Source: Oculatellaceae cyanobacterium bins.114 (GTDB taxonomy: Bacteria; Cyanobacteriota; Cyanobacteriia; Elainellales; Elainellaceae). Taken from it: 64,000 bases of DNA. The position numbers and the translations under genes were made by a program. The notes under the pieces are model-generated. The model made no database searches. It was given only the letters and a program-made list of their open reading frames with translations, and was not told where the DNA came from. The stretch lies in the NCBI GenBank assembly GCA_033764315.1, contig JANRJA010000075.1:86402-150401 (forward strand), read 5' to 3'. Shown here piece after piece: positions 1 through 10,472 of the stretch; the stretch's first letter is position 1, and each line of letters starts with the position of its first letter.

Positions 1-702
1 TTTGTAGACCAAAACCCCGTTGGTCAACGGATTTATGCGAATCAACAACCCTATGTAGTTGTGGGAGTGGTGCAAACCAAGCTGAGAAATGATGAGGAGC
101 CAACAGAGGGGCGATTGCTGATGACCAGTGCCTTTAACAATGCCCTCACTGGACGACGCGATGTTGGCAGCATTCGGTTGCGTCCCTATCGCTTGGATGA
201 CTTAGAAAAAATCGGTGATCAGGCTGAAGAACTATTGATGCAGCGTTTTCCAGGGCAACGGTTTGACCAATGGAACAATGTTGAAGATATTCTGGAGCAG
301 CGACAAGTTTTAAAGTTGACCTCGCGATCGCTAGCGGTTGTGGGGGCGATCGCTCTTTTAGTGGGCGGAGTGGGCATCGCCAACATCATGATCGCATCGG
401 TTACAGAACGCACGGCTGAAATCGGCTTGAGGCGAGCCATTGGGGCTACCCGCCACGAAATTATGATGCAATTTATTTTAGAGGCAGCCCTGCTCAGCTT
501 ATTAGGTGGGAGTTTGGCGATCGTCACGGTGCATGGATTAACCTCGGCGGTCTCCGAGCGATTTCAATTGCCTTATGAATTTGATGGCACGGCTACAAGC
601 ATTGCCCTGGGATCAGCCCTGTTGGTTGGCATCGGAGCCAGTTTTGCTCCCGCTCTGCGAGCCAGTCAAATTGATCCTGTAAAAGCTCTGCGATCGCAAT
701 AA
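1..702 (+). CDS. ABC transporter permease (MacB/FtsX-like), C-terminal part, truncated by window edge
   Basis: GGVGIANIMIASVTERTAEIGLRRAIGA and C-terminal PALRASQIDPVKALRS motifs of FtsX-domain permeases. Confidence 0.9.
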   Translation, partial: FVDQNPVGQRIYANQQPYVVVGVVQTKLRNDEEPTEGRLLMTSAFNNALTGRRDVGSIRLRPYRLDDLEKIGDQAEELLMQRFPGQRFDQWNNVEDILEQRQVLKLTSRSLAVVGAIALLVGGVGIANIMIASVTERTAEIGLRRAIGATRHEIMMQFILEAALLSLLGGSLAIVTVHGLTSAVSERFQLPYEFDGTATSIALGSALLVGIGASFAPALRASQIDPVKALRSQ

Positions 703-719
703 AAAAGGAGAGTAAAAAC

Positions 720-832
720 CCCGTGTGCGACTTTCCCCAGATCCCCGGTTGCTGTGACGCAAATCAGACTATTTTGAGGATGCTGAACGAGCAACCGGGG
801 ATCTAAACCTCTAAATTACCCATCGCGTAAGT
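720..832 (-). repeat. ~110 bp dispersed palindromic element, family A, copy 1
   Basis: Near-identical reverse complement of 39994-40106; internal 15 bp inverted repeat AGATCCCCGGTTGCT...AGCAACCGGGGATCT. Confidence 0.9.
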
Positions 833-851
833 AAAAAGAAACAAATAATGC

Positions 852-1055
852 TCAGGCGATCGCCACTGCATTTCCTGCTAACCGACATAACCGAGTATTT
901 TGCCCAGTTACGAGGGTCAACGCAAACAGCTCAACTTCCCAATGAGAAGCATATTCTTGAGCAAACTGAGTGGCAACTGCTTCAGAAGCGGCATGAATCA
1001 CCAGTTCGTTTACCAATTCCATCGTTCCAGGGAGTGTAAATTCTGCGAAGTACAT
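852..1055 (-). CDS. small hypothetical protein (67 aa)
   Basis: ATG-started ORF with protein-like composition, co-oriented with the upstream minus-strand genes. Confidence 0.5.
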   Translation of the reverse strand: MYFAEFTLPGTMELVNELVIHAASEAVATQFAQEYASHWEVELFALTLVTGQNTRLCRLAGNAVAIA

Positions 1056-1244
1056 GATTACCTAAACAGGTGTATGGTTTTCAGAGCGTCGCTAAACCCT
1101 TGGATTTACTATTCCCAAGCTGAGAGAGAAAACCGAACGTCAGGCTTGCATGGCTAGATAATTTTACGAAAGCTGAGCGTAGCTTTATCTCTTCTTCATG
1201 AGTATTACAGCTTTGAGGTGAAAATGTAAGGTTTTGATGAACTT

Positions 1245-2084
1245 TTACCCTCTGAAAAACAATTCTGTAGCAGGCCCTTCGTCTTGAGGAGGTAGACCTA
1301 ACTGGGCAGATAGTTCGGTGTCATACAAAGCCTCTGTCCAATTACGAGCAACTTTGATCTGCTCAGGCGTGAGGTGCTCTGCGATACGCAAATCAGCCCC
1401 TTGCAAATTGGCTCCTAACAAATTGGCTCCTTTTAGATTAGTCGCTCTTAACTTAGCATCCGTCAGATCTGCTGCCTTGAGGTTTGTGTTTTCAAGATTG
1501 GCCCCCAGCAAATTTGCCTCCAGCAAATTAGCGGCTCTCAGGTCTGCCTTTTGCAGGTCAGCTCGTTGCAGGTTGGCTCGGCAGAGGTTGGCGGCTCTCA
1601 GGTCTGCCTTTTGCAAATTTGCCTCTAGTAGGTCAGCTCGTTGCAAGTTGGCATTCAACAAGATGGCTTTTCGCAGGTTAATTTCACGCAGATCTGCTTT
1701 AGGAGCGTCAAGCCCTCGCAAACTGATGCCTTCTTCATTTAGATCTTGCAATGCTTGAATGCGGGCGTAACTGTTACGGCGACCGTGAGCTGCATCAATC
1801 ACTTTCCAAGCTTCATAGCGCGATCGCTTCTGGCGTTCGGGTCCCTCTTTAAAGTAAATAAAGACGGCAACTAGAATACTGACGCTTTCAATGATGTCTA
1901 GAAAACTATGAATTCCCAGCCAACTAATAAATGTTTTGCCAACTGGGGTGTTTTCTAACAACCGAATGATAGCTACTAAAAACAGCACTTCTAGAGCCGT
2001 AGGGAGGCGATTCAGCCAATACAGCACCCAAGCTCGACTGCGTTTGAGCCAGAGATACTTCTGTTCTGGAGATTCTTCCGTCAC
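1245..2084 (-). CDS. membrane-anchored pentapeptide repeat protein
   Basis: Two N-terminal hydrophobic segments, RYEAW...RIQALQDL linker, then A(D/N)LxxA repeats; GTG at 2084 overlaps the upstream stop, suggesting translational coupling. Confidence 0.85.
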   Translation of the reverse strand: MTEESPEQKYLWLKRSRAWVLYWLNRLPTALEVLFLVAIIRLLENTPVGKTFISWLGIHSFLDIIESVSILVAVFIYFKEGPERQKRSRYEAWKVIDAAHGRRNSYARIQALQDLNEEGISLRGLDAPKADLREINLRKAILLNANLQRADLLEANLQKADLRAANLCRANLQRADLQKADLRAANLLEANLLGANLENTNLKAADLTDAKLRATNLKGANLLGANLQGADLRIAEHLTPEQIKVARNWTEALYDTELSAQLGLPPQDEGPATELFFRG

Positions 2085-3538
2085 TAGCGACCTCTTGCAG
2101 GAATAGAGTGGGGTTGAACCCACGGAATAGTGGTATCAGTTGCCAAATATTGAGCCACAGCGCGGGCTCCGTTACGATTCAGGTGACTGGGATCTGCAAA
2201 ATAATGGTTTTGAGTAGGCCATTGGTGCATTAAATCTCGAAACAGAAACCCTTCTCTAGCCGCTAATCGCTGCATATATTGCCGAAATTGTTGTTCATGA
2301 GCCGTCCGCACCGGGTCAAGATATTCCTGGGTCAGGGGCAAGCTCACAAATATTAGGGGAATCCGTTGACTGCGGGCAAATTGGGCAACGGCGATCGCGG
2401 CTGTGGTTTGTTCTCCCTCTAACCGAAAGGGAGTGTAGTTGCTGTCATAGCGACCTGAAACTCTTGGAAACTGACGATAATAAGTGGCTGGGTTGAACTC
2501 AGCGGGCACAGACTGAAAGCCACTGCCACTTAAATCAGCCGCAATAGGTGGATGGCTAGACCGCAGGGGCGGGATTGGAAGAATTGGTTCGGCGGGCGTC
2601 TGGTAGGGAGGAGGTTGCAGCAAATAGGACAACGAAGTACAAGATGAAGCTAAGCCGAACGGGTTTGGCTGAGATCCAGCAAGGGGGAGCAGATGGGTGT
2701 CCTCTGCCCCTACAGTAGGGGTAAGGGACGGCATCTCTAAAGCATGATTGAGTGGCTCAGCTTGATGTTGAGCATTGACATAAGCACTGTAGGCTGCCGC
2801 ATAGTTCATTGCAGCAGGCGGAACAACACAAATTTCTTGCTCAAGCTCGATCGCTGGCAGAGGAATGTAGCGAATGGGGCGATCGCCTGTTGCTAGACGT
2901 TTATAACCTTCTGAGGCAAGGATGCCATTGTAAGTCAGGTCTATCCGCGCACTATTAAAGGCTCGTGATCCATCGGCCCAAATAATCAGACGTGGCAATT
3001 GGTTAGGAGTCAGAACCCGACGCAGTAGCAAATCAACAACCTGTGCTGTTGCTCCGTTGACTCCAAAGTTGTAGATGCGGAGGTTGGAAAGCCCTCTCGC
3101 CGCTAATGCTTGTTGCAGAACCTCTGGATCGATCCCTTGGAGCGATCGCGAACTGCCCACGATCAAGACATCAGGGGGGCCGGAGGTAGCTAAATAATGG
3201 GCGTAAATCCGAATCTGTTGATCGAGTCGTTGGCTATTGAAAGTTGGAAAGTTAGGAACCAATACCACCGGGCTAAATTCTGGGAATGGTGTTCCTACAT
3301 CGTTTACTGCCGTTATCGAAGCTGACTGCGATATTGACGGTTGAGCAACAAGCGTCTGCTCCTGTGAGGAGACCCCTCTCGCCGCAGTGCTAAACAGCAG
3401 GGGCACCAAAAGCGCAATGATTGTCCCACTTTGTCTAACGATCGCCGCCAGAGATTTATCTGTAACCGTTAGACGGGGTTGTGTTGCTTGAGAGAGTAAC
3501 ATCCTAAAGCTAGGAGAGGGAGTCTCCTGTGAGATCAT
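2084..3538 (-). CDS. SGNH-hydrolase-like exported protein (DUF1574-like)
   Basis: VLIVGSSRS, YNFGVNGAT and FADPSHLN motifs; hydrophobic N-terminal segment. Confidence 0.7.
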   Translation of the reverse strand: MISQETPSPSFRMLLSQATQPRLTVTDKSLAAIVRQSGTIIALLVPLLFSTAARGVSSQEQTLVAQPSISQSASITAVNDVGTPFPEFSPVVLVPNFPTFNSQRLDQQIRIYAHYLATSGPPDVLIVGSSRSLQGIDPEVLQQALAARGLSNLRIYNFGVNGATAQVVDLLLRRVLTPNQLPRLIIWADGSRAFNSARIDLTYNGILASEGYKRLATGDRPIRYIPLPAIELEQEICVVPPAAMNYAAAYSAYVNAQHQAEPLNHALEMPSLTPTVGAEDTHLLPLAGSQPNPFGLASSCTSLSYLLQPPPYQTPAEPILPIPPLRSSHPPIAADLSGSGFQSVPAEFNPATYYRQFPRVSGRYDSNYTPFRLEGEQTTAAIAVAQFARSQRIPLIFVSLPLTQEYLDPVRTAHEQQFRQYMQRLAAREGFLFRDLMHQWPTQNHYFADPSHLNRNGARAVAQYLATDTTIPWVQPHSIPARGR

Positions 3539-3681
3539 AGCGGCTCAAATCACGTGTGAGAAGTGTAGAGTTAAAGCGGCGATCGCCCATTTACATCGAT
3601 CGCTCACATCATATGCAATGCATGCGATCGACTCACCTATTCTCATCAACGAGTTGCCCTATGGTCAACCATTCTTCTGGG

Positions 3682-4617
<936 letters not shown>

Positions 4618-4972
4618 TTAAAGTTAGAGCAGTAATCTCTCTGTAGGTTTAGAGCTGACTCTTGAAACACCCTTAGCTTAGATCATCCTGATACATCAGG
4701 CACAGCTTAAACACTGATTTTTCCAACACACAACACTTTCCGTGTACCCGTTTAGCTAAGTCAACCGTAAAATCGACTTTCTTAAAGAACTGGGCTAAGT
4801 CAATACCTTCTGTATTCAGCGATTGTACTGATCCCAGTCAGAAGAAAGATTAGATCAGCCTGTGTGAGTATCACATTCTACAATCTATAGCCAAATCTCT
4901 AAAAACCAGTCAATATGCACCTAAATTAACTGAATTTGAGGGTAATTAGCAAAAAGCTGAGATCTGAGGTGA

Positions 4973-5170
4973 TCAGGACGTGCAGGGAGTTCGCCGACCA
5001 CTGCCTCGATGAAAAAGAGGTTGGTTAATTTTTTGTGCATCTGATAGCTCTCCCTGGTATGAGATGCCAGATGCGATACTACTTGACCCACAGTTCTGAT
5101 TTTCGGAATGATTCAAAATTAGTAGAGCGAAAAGCAGAGCTGCTGAAAGAATTGGGGTAAAAATTGACAT
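4973..5170 (-). CDS. patX: PatX-like RGSGR peptide precursor (HetR inhibitor family)
   Basis: About 65 aa, hydrophobic N-terminal signal-like segment, C-terminal PLFHRGSGRR; directly upstream of hetR. Confidence 0.88.
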   Translation of the reverse strand: MSIFTPILSAALLFALLILNHSENQNCGSSSIASGISYQGELSDAQKINQPLFHRGSGRRTPCTS

Positions 5171-5201
5171 GAGCAAGGTTCCGTCTCAAAGCATCTACCC
5201 C

Positions 5202-5232
5202 CTGATACGGAGTTTTCAAATAGCAATCAGGA
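5202..5232 (-). promoter_or_regulatory. DIF1-like promoter upstream of patX (TCCTGA-N18-GTATCAG)
   Basis: Minus strand reads TCCTGA, 18 nt, GTATCAG about 30 nt before the start codon; one mismatch to the DIF1 hexamer TCCGGA. Confidence 0.45.
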
Positions 5233-5508
5233 AGATCTCTAAACGGAGTTATTTGGTGGTGTTTACGGATACCAGTCGCAAACCAGGAAATAAGAATTTA
5301 GTGAGGAGGTTCTCCTGATTCACTTGATTGCCTGATCCCGCAGAGGTTGCTCACTTTGCACTCAGATTTTCGCCAAATTTACGATACTATCCTCTTGAGA
5401 CGTTAACTGGATCGATATCCGTTGAGTCTTAGTCCAATCGGCGATCGCGGTATCAGGGGTATCAAAACCGTGGCTTTAACACCAAGTCGTAAATAAGACG
5501 CAATTGTT

Positions 5509-6390
5509 ATGGCAAATGAGGAACATCTCAGTCTACTTAAGCAGGGTGTCAATAGTTGGAATCAATGGCGAGAAGACACTCCAACTGTCACACCTGACAT
5601 CAGCGGAGCTAATTTGAACCAGATGAACCTGAGCGAAGCTAACCTCAGCGGGGTAGATTTGCAACGGGTGATTTTGCATGGAGCTAATTTGACGGCAGCC
5701 AACCTACATAACGCCATGCTTGTGAATGCTGACATGAGCGGCGTTGAACTCAATGCGGCTAATTTAAGTAATGCCAACCTTAGCAGTGCAAATTTGTTTG
5801 GAGCTTATCTCAGTGGAGCAAACCTGAGTGGTGCTGACCTCAGCGATGTTCAACTCAATCGCTCTGATCTCAGCGGGGTTAATCTCAGCGGAGCAAACCT
5901 TAGCCATGTCAATTTATTAGGGGCTGATTTGAGCGGCGCAAACTTGAGCAGCACAATATTAAGTCATGCCGATCTCAGTCGGGCTGAGTTAAGTCGTGCA
6001 GAACTTAAGCAAGCTGATCTCAGTGGAGCCAACTTGAGTGAAGCTCGATTGATGGGTGCTAATTTAAGTGAGGCTATTTTAAGTGAGGCAAATCTGAGCC
6101 GTGCTCGGCTCAATCGGGCTGATTTAAGTGATGCGACGTTGGTTGGTGCAAAGTTGGTGGGAGCAACATTGGTTGGGACTAAACTCACCCGCGCCAAACT
6201 GAGCAATGTCGATTTAAGTGGCACAAACCTGAGTGGAGCTAACTTGAGTAGTGCCGTTTTGAGTGACGCTAACTTTAAAGATGCCAATCTTAGTGGTGCC
6301 AACCTTAAAGATGCACATTTAGAAAATGCCACTCTAGAGGGGGCCGACCTGAGCCAGGTAACAATGCCCGATGGCAGCGTTCACGACTAA
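5509..6390 (+). CDS. pentapeptide repeat protein
   Basis: MANEEHL..LKQGV..WNQWR cap followed by near-continuous A(N/D)LSxA repeats and a TMPDG C-cap. Confidence 0.95.
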   Translation: MANEEHLSLLKQGVNSWNQWREDTPTVTPDISGANLNQMNLSEANLSGVDLQRVILHGANLTAANLHNAMLVNADMSGVELNAANLSNANLSSANLFGAYLSGANLSGADLSDVQLNRSDLSGVNLSGANLSHVNLLGADLSGANLSSTILSHADLSRAELSRAELKQADLSGANLSEARLMGANLSEAILSEANLSRARLNRADLSDATLVGAKLVGATLVGTKLTRAKLSNVDLSGTNLSGANLSSAVLSDANFKDANLSGANLKDAHLENATLEGADLSQVTMPDGSVHD

Positions 6391-6602
6391 GGTTTTTTCC
6401 TAACCCGTTGATATCCATCTCAAGACAACAAGGGGCTTAAAGCCCCTCATCTTATATAAAGTGTGTGCCCTTAGCTCCAACATTGATCTAGATAACGTCA
6501 GTGCGAAGTCCCTGGCTCGTCTGAGCATCGCCAAACGTTTGATCTCACGCCGAACTCTGCGGTTTCAACCGCCGAAATCCTGATCCCAAATTCGCATTAG
6601 AT

Positions 6603-6712
6603 ACGTGATGTGCAACTTAGAAGTTTAGCTCCCCGGTTTCTCGTGGAGCATTCTTAAAGGGGTCTGACAACCATCACCAAAAACCGGGGATCTGGAGGAA
6701 ATCGCACACCAG
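6603..6712 (+). repeat. family A dispersed element, diverged copy
   Basis: GATGTGCAACTTAGA.GTTTAG.TCCCCGGTT...AACCGGGGATCTGG...TCGCACAC ends shared with 39994-40106. Confidence 0.8.
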
Positions 6713-6715
6713 GTA

Positions 6716-6893
6716 TTAGAGGATATCTGAGAAGTTTTTGGCGGTTAAAACCGCGACTACAAGAACCAAGTCCGCCGTTGCGGACTCAAGCCAATCCAGG
6801 CTTTTTGTAACCTGCGGAGGCAGGTTTTGCTCATGTAGCTGTGACTTTAGTCGCCAATGCTACCTAAATCTAGCCTTTTAAGACACCCTCTTA
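6716..6893. repeat. MITE-like element with imperfect 19 bp terminal inverted repeats enclosing a multi-hairpin repeat
   Basis: TTAGAGGATATCTGAGAAG versus reverse complement of the right end TAAGAGGGTGTCTTAAAAG (14/19); inner hairpins AGTCCGC..GCGGACT and AACCTGC..GCAGGTT. Confidence 0.6.
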
Positions 6894-6928
6894 GATGGAT
6901 ATTGAGGGTGGCTGTGTTTGTTGCTGAA

Positions 6929-7456
6929 TTAAGCAAGTTCAGAGGTTGCAATTGTGCCATCGGGCATGATGGTTTGCTCAAAAATCGCTTTGCTCAAATC
7001 AGTGTCAGATAGGTTGGCGTCTTTAAGATTTGTCCGACTCAAGTTAGCAGCGGCTAAATTTGCTCCGCTTAAATCGGCTCCTACGAGACAGGCTCCACTC
7101 AGATTAGCCCGACTCAAGTTGGCTTTGCTTAAGTTGGCTCGCCATAGATTGGCATCTGTGAGATTAGCTGCACTGAGGTCAGCCCGATTGAGTCGAGCAT
7201 TATTAAGATTTGCACTCTTTAAATTACTGCTGCTTAAGCCTACATCTGCTAACCAGGCTCCAGCAAAATTGGCCTTTTCGAGGTTGGGAGCAATGATCTT
7301 GATTTGCCCTGCTTTAAAAACAACTCGGGTAAACGTGCGCTTGCCTTTGGCGTATTGCTCGATAATGTAAGGCACCGAAATGGGGGCGATCGCTTCTGGC
7401 TGTTCTAGCGGTAAAGAATTTGCTGGTGTTGCGAGGTTTAAGTCGGAATTTTGCAT
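6929..7456 (-). CDS. pentapeptide repeat protein
   Basis: YAKGKRTF cap, A(N/D)LSxA repeats, IMPDG C-cap. Confidence 0.9.
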   Translation of the reverse strand: MQNSDLNLATPANSLPLEQPEAIAPISVPYIIEQYAKGKRTFTRVVFKAGQIKIIAPNLEKANFAGAWLADVGLSSSNLKSANLNNARLNRADLSAANLTDANLWRANLSKANLSRANLSGACLVGADLSGANLAAANLSRTNLKDANLSDTDLSKAIFEQTIMPDGTIATSELA

Positions 7457-7578
7457 AACACTACGGCTTTAGAGTCCAATTATTTATTCAGCCGAGTGCA
7501 GATACAATCAGGTCTCTCCTTATAAGCAACTCAGCGGAATTGATTAAGCAAACACCGCAAAGTATTGTAATGCTTGTG

Positions 7579-7701
7579 TTAAGCAACAGGTTTAATGACG
7601 AACCACTGACCCGTTTTGGGATCACGGTACGTGGTGAATGGATTGGTCTTGAGTTGGCGTTTCATGGACTTGTTTGGGTTGAGATAGGCTTGTGAGAGCA
7701 T
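7579..7701 (-). CDS. 40 aa micro-protein (NPFTTYRDPKTGQWFVI motif)
   Basis: ATG at 7701 preceded by GAGGA; compact aromatic and charged motif at the C-terminus. Confidence 0.55.
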   Translation of the reverse strand: MLSQAYLNPNKSMKRQLKTNPFTTYRDPKTGQWFVIKPVA

Positions 7702-7992
7702 GGCTGACGTCCTCATTAATCCTGGTTCAACGAGGCTAAATTCATTTGTATAGCGGGCAAGACAGGGGATATAAGGGGGGTGAGGGCTTGCGAGGACCAA
7801 GGGTAAAACTTTTGCCCCCGCTCTAACCAACTCTTGAGTGGCTATATTTCAGCGATCGCACCTAGACGATCGCTATACTTCTATATTTCCTCTAATACGT
7901 CAAATGAGGTGTGACTCAACAGAGATCGTTTGGTGACGTCATCGCTCAATTTGGGTGATGGCTGTGACAGCTACTCGGTGACAAGATGCACG

Positions 7993-8625
7993 TTAGTGTG
8001 TGATATAGATCACCCAATTCCTCAATTCCATTAAATAACGGGCGGCTAAAACCCCACCCCCAAAGCCAAAGAGATGACCTAGCCACGATACGCCCCGGCG
8101 AATGGGCAAAACCCCCCAGATCAAACTGCCATAGAGTAACCCAACTAAGATGGAAATTGCGATCGCGACCAGGCTGCGCTCAAAATAACCGCATAGCAAT
8201 AAGAAACCAAAATATCCAAACACCACCCCACTGGCACCGATATGGTTAGAGCGAGAGGAGGCAAAGAGCCACACCCCAATGCCACTGACCACCCACGCCG
8301 TTGCTGTGACCACTAGAAAGTCATTGAGACCCCGCAGCATCAGCAGCCCACCCAAAATCAAAAAAGGCATGGTATTTGCGGCTAAGTGTTTGAGATTGCC
8401 GTGCAGTAAAGGAGCCAGCAAAATACCCCATAAGCCTCTGATTTGGCGTGGACGAATACCAAAACTATTGAATGCCCCCCGCAACAAGACGCTATCAATA
8501 ATTTCTAGCCCCCATAAAAGTGCGAGACATCCCAGCAAAATTTGGGCTTGAAGCTGAACGCTGGGGGGAATCGTGCCTGATTGAAGTGCCTTCCAAATAA
8601 GTTGCAAGGAGTTATTTGTATTCAC
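7993..8625 (-). CDS. rhomboid family intramembrane serine protease
   Basis: LLHGNLKHLAANT, HIGASGVVFGY and SWLGHLFGFGGG motifs. Confidence 0.92.
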   Translation of the reverse strand: MNTNNSLQLIWKALQSGTIPPSVQLQAQILLGCLALLWGLEIIDSVLLRGAFNSFGIRPRQIRGLWGILLAPLLHGNLKHLAANTMPFLILGGLLMLRGLNDFLVVTATAWVVSGIGVWLFASSRSNHIGASGVVFGYFGFLLLCGYFERSLVAIAISILVGLLYGSLIWGVLPIRRGVSWLGHLFGFGGGVLAARYLMELRNWVIYITH

Positions 8626-8971
8626 TGTGGTTTGTTCTACACACCAAATTGCTAACCCAATTTACAGCAGTTTGGTTTCATTTGGCGGCGACCAGCCAAT
8701 CATCCATCCATCTCTTTAAGAGACGTTTAAGAGGCTATCTAATAAGACCCATTAAATATAGAAATTGCGCTGGATAAGGAGCTTGTGGAAATTGAGGAAA
8801 TCACTTGGCAATAGGATGGACGCTTTGTCCTCAAGCGAAACGCTCGCAATCCTCTTGCTGAATCACTTCTTTAACCTTCATAAACTCTGGTTTTACATTG
8901 ATTTATGGATGCAAGCTCTATCTAGAAACGGGATAGGAACCTCAGCCATTCTAAAGCAGCTCTAAATCAGT

Positions 8972-9177
8972 TATAGCAGTCCTAAATCATTTGTGAGATT
9001 GGCAGGTTGTGAGAGGTGCACCCCTCTCACAACCCATTTAGGATTGCTATATGAGATGACATTTTTAATAAAGGGCTTAATTTCCTGAATTCAAATAGGA
9101 TTGCTATATTTAGCAATTCCAAATGAGGTGGGTCTCTCACAACCCACCTATTTCACAACTCAAATAGGATTGCTATA
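8972..9177. repeat. cluster of TATAGCAATCCTA-ended palindromic elements
   Basis: TATAGCAGTCCTAAAT...ATTTAGGATTGCTATA (8972-9051); two more TCAAATAGGATTGCTATA ends finishing at 9108 and 9177; inner GGTTGTGAGAG..CTCTCACAACC hairpin. Confidence 0.85.
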
Positions 9178-9358
9178 TTTATAGTCTGATAATATTCGGG
9201 AGAAGAGAGAAAATATTTAGATAACCGTCTAAATTTGGCTGGATTGTTTCCTGAGTTAAGAATCTTTCGGTACTATTCAGAAGACTCCAGTTGGTCAAAT
9301 GGCTCTATTACGGTTGCAAATAGGGCTGTATTAGGGGTGTCAATCTCAAGGAGGTTTT

Positions 9359-10465
9359 ATGGAGACATTGGCGTTTATTTATTCAGCTGTTGCTTACGCA
9401 GATCCTGCTTCCGAGTATCAACTGCGATCGCTTGAAGAGTTAGGAATTACCCTCTCATCCTCTGCCGGATTGGGGGTCGCTGGGGTGGTGTTATCGGTTT
9501 TTGCGGTTGCTCCTGATGCTCAAGCGATCGTTCAGCGAGGAGATACCTGTCCTGCTGTGCGAGATGTGCAGGCTACGCTTCAACGTCAAGGGTATGAGGT
9601 GGGTGGAGTCGATGGAATTTTTGGGGGAAAAACTGAGTTTGCGGTGGGTAGTTTTCAACGGCGCAATGGTTTAAATCCCACCTTTAAAGTAGATTCTGCT
9701 ACTGCACAAGCGTTAGGGTTGAGTGGATCGGTGTATAACCCCAATACCCGATGCAGCAGTGTGGCCAGTATTAGCAATACCACTAGTCGCCCTACTAACA
9801 CCAACTCAAATTCAAATAATGTAGCTGTCACGATCGCAACGAATGGTAGCCCCTTGAATGTTCGTTCTGCACCTAGCAGCGGCGCAGCCGTGATTGGCAC
9901 TTTACCTGATGGTGCCATTGTTAGAACCAATGGTCGTCGGTCTAATGGGTGGATTGGGCTAGAGCGAGGAGGATGGATTTCAGCAGATTGGGTTAGTAGT
10001 ACTGGCGGTGGCGGAGGGGTTCCAAGTGTGGGCAATAGTACTCCACCCCAGACGGTGGCGGGGCAAGTGCGAGTGACGACGAATGGCAGCCCATTGAATC
10101 TGCGATCGGGGCCAGGGACAAATTATCCTGTCACCGGGGTAATTGCTAATGGAGCAGTAGCAAACACCAGTGGACGCACTTCAGGCGGTTGGATTGAACT
10201 ATCGAATGGGGATTGGATCTCGTCCAGTTGGGTTGGCAGATCCTCTAGTCAGGTTGGCAGTAACACAGGCGGTGGCGGAGGAACTAACTCTGTCACGGTA
10301 GCAACGAATGGCAATCCCTTAAATGCTCGTTTTGGGCCTGGTGCTCGCTTTGAGGTTGCTGCTGTTTATCCAGATGGAACGTTGCTCAGAACATCAGGTC
10401 GAACTGAAGGTTCATGGATTCAACTTGTCAATGGGTTATGGATCTCTTCTGAGTGGGTCAATTAA
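9359..10465 (+). CDS. peptidoglycan-binding domain protein with three SH3b repeats
   Basis: VDGIFGGKTEFAVGSFQRRNGL PG-binding motif; three TNGxPLNxRxxP...GWIxxxWV repeats. Confidence 0.9.
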   Translation: METLAFIYSAVAYADPASEYQLRSLEELGITLSSSAGLGVAGVVLSVFAVAPDAQAIVQRGDTCPAVRDVQATLQRQGYEVGGVDGIFGGKTEFAVGSFQRRNGLNPTFKVDSATAQALGLSGSVYNPNTRCSSVASISNTTSRPTNTNSNSNNVAVTIATNGSPLNVRSAPSSGAAVIGTLPDGAIVRTNGRRSNGWIGLERGGWISADWVSSTGGGGGVPSVGNSTPPQTVAGQVRVTTNGSPLNLRSGPGTNYPVTGVIANGAVANTSGRTSGGWIELSNGDWISSSWVGRSSSQVGSNTGGGGGTNSVTVATNGNPLNARFGPGARFEVAAVYPDGTLLRTSGRTEGSWIQLVNGLWISSEWVN

Positions 10466-10472
10466 ACCCCAG

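Noticed and set aside
8972..9177. Possible CRISPR array from recurring AGGATTGCTATA
   Set aside because: Units are inverted as well as direct, irregularly spaced, and no cas genes are present; better explained as palindromic dispersed repeats
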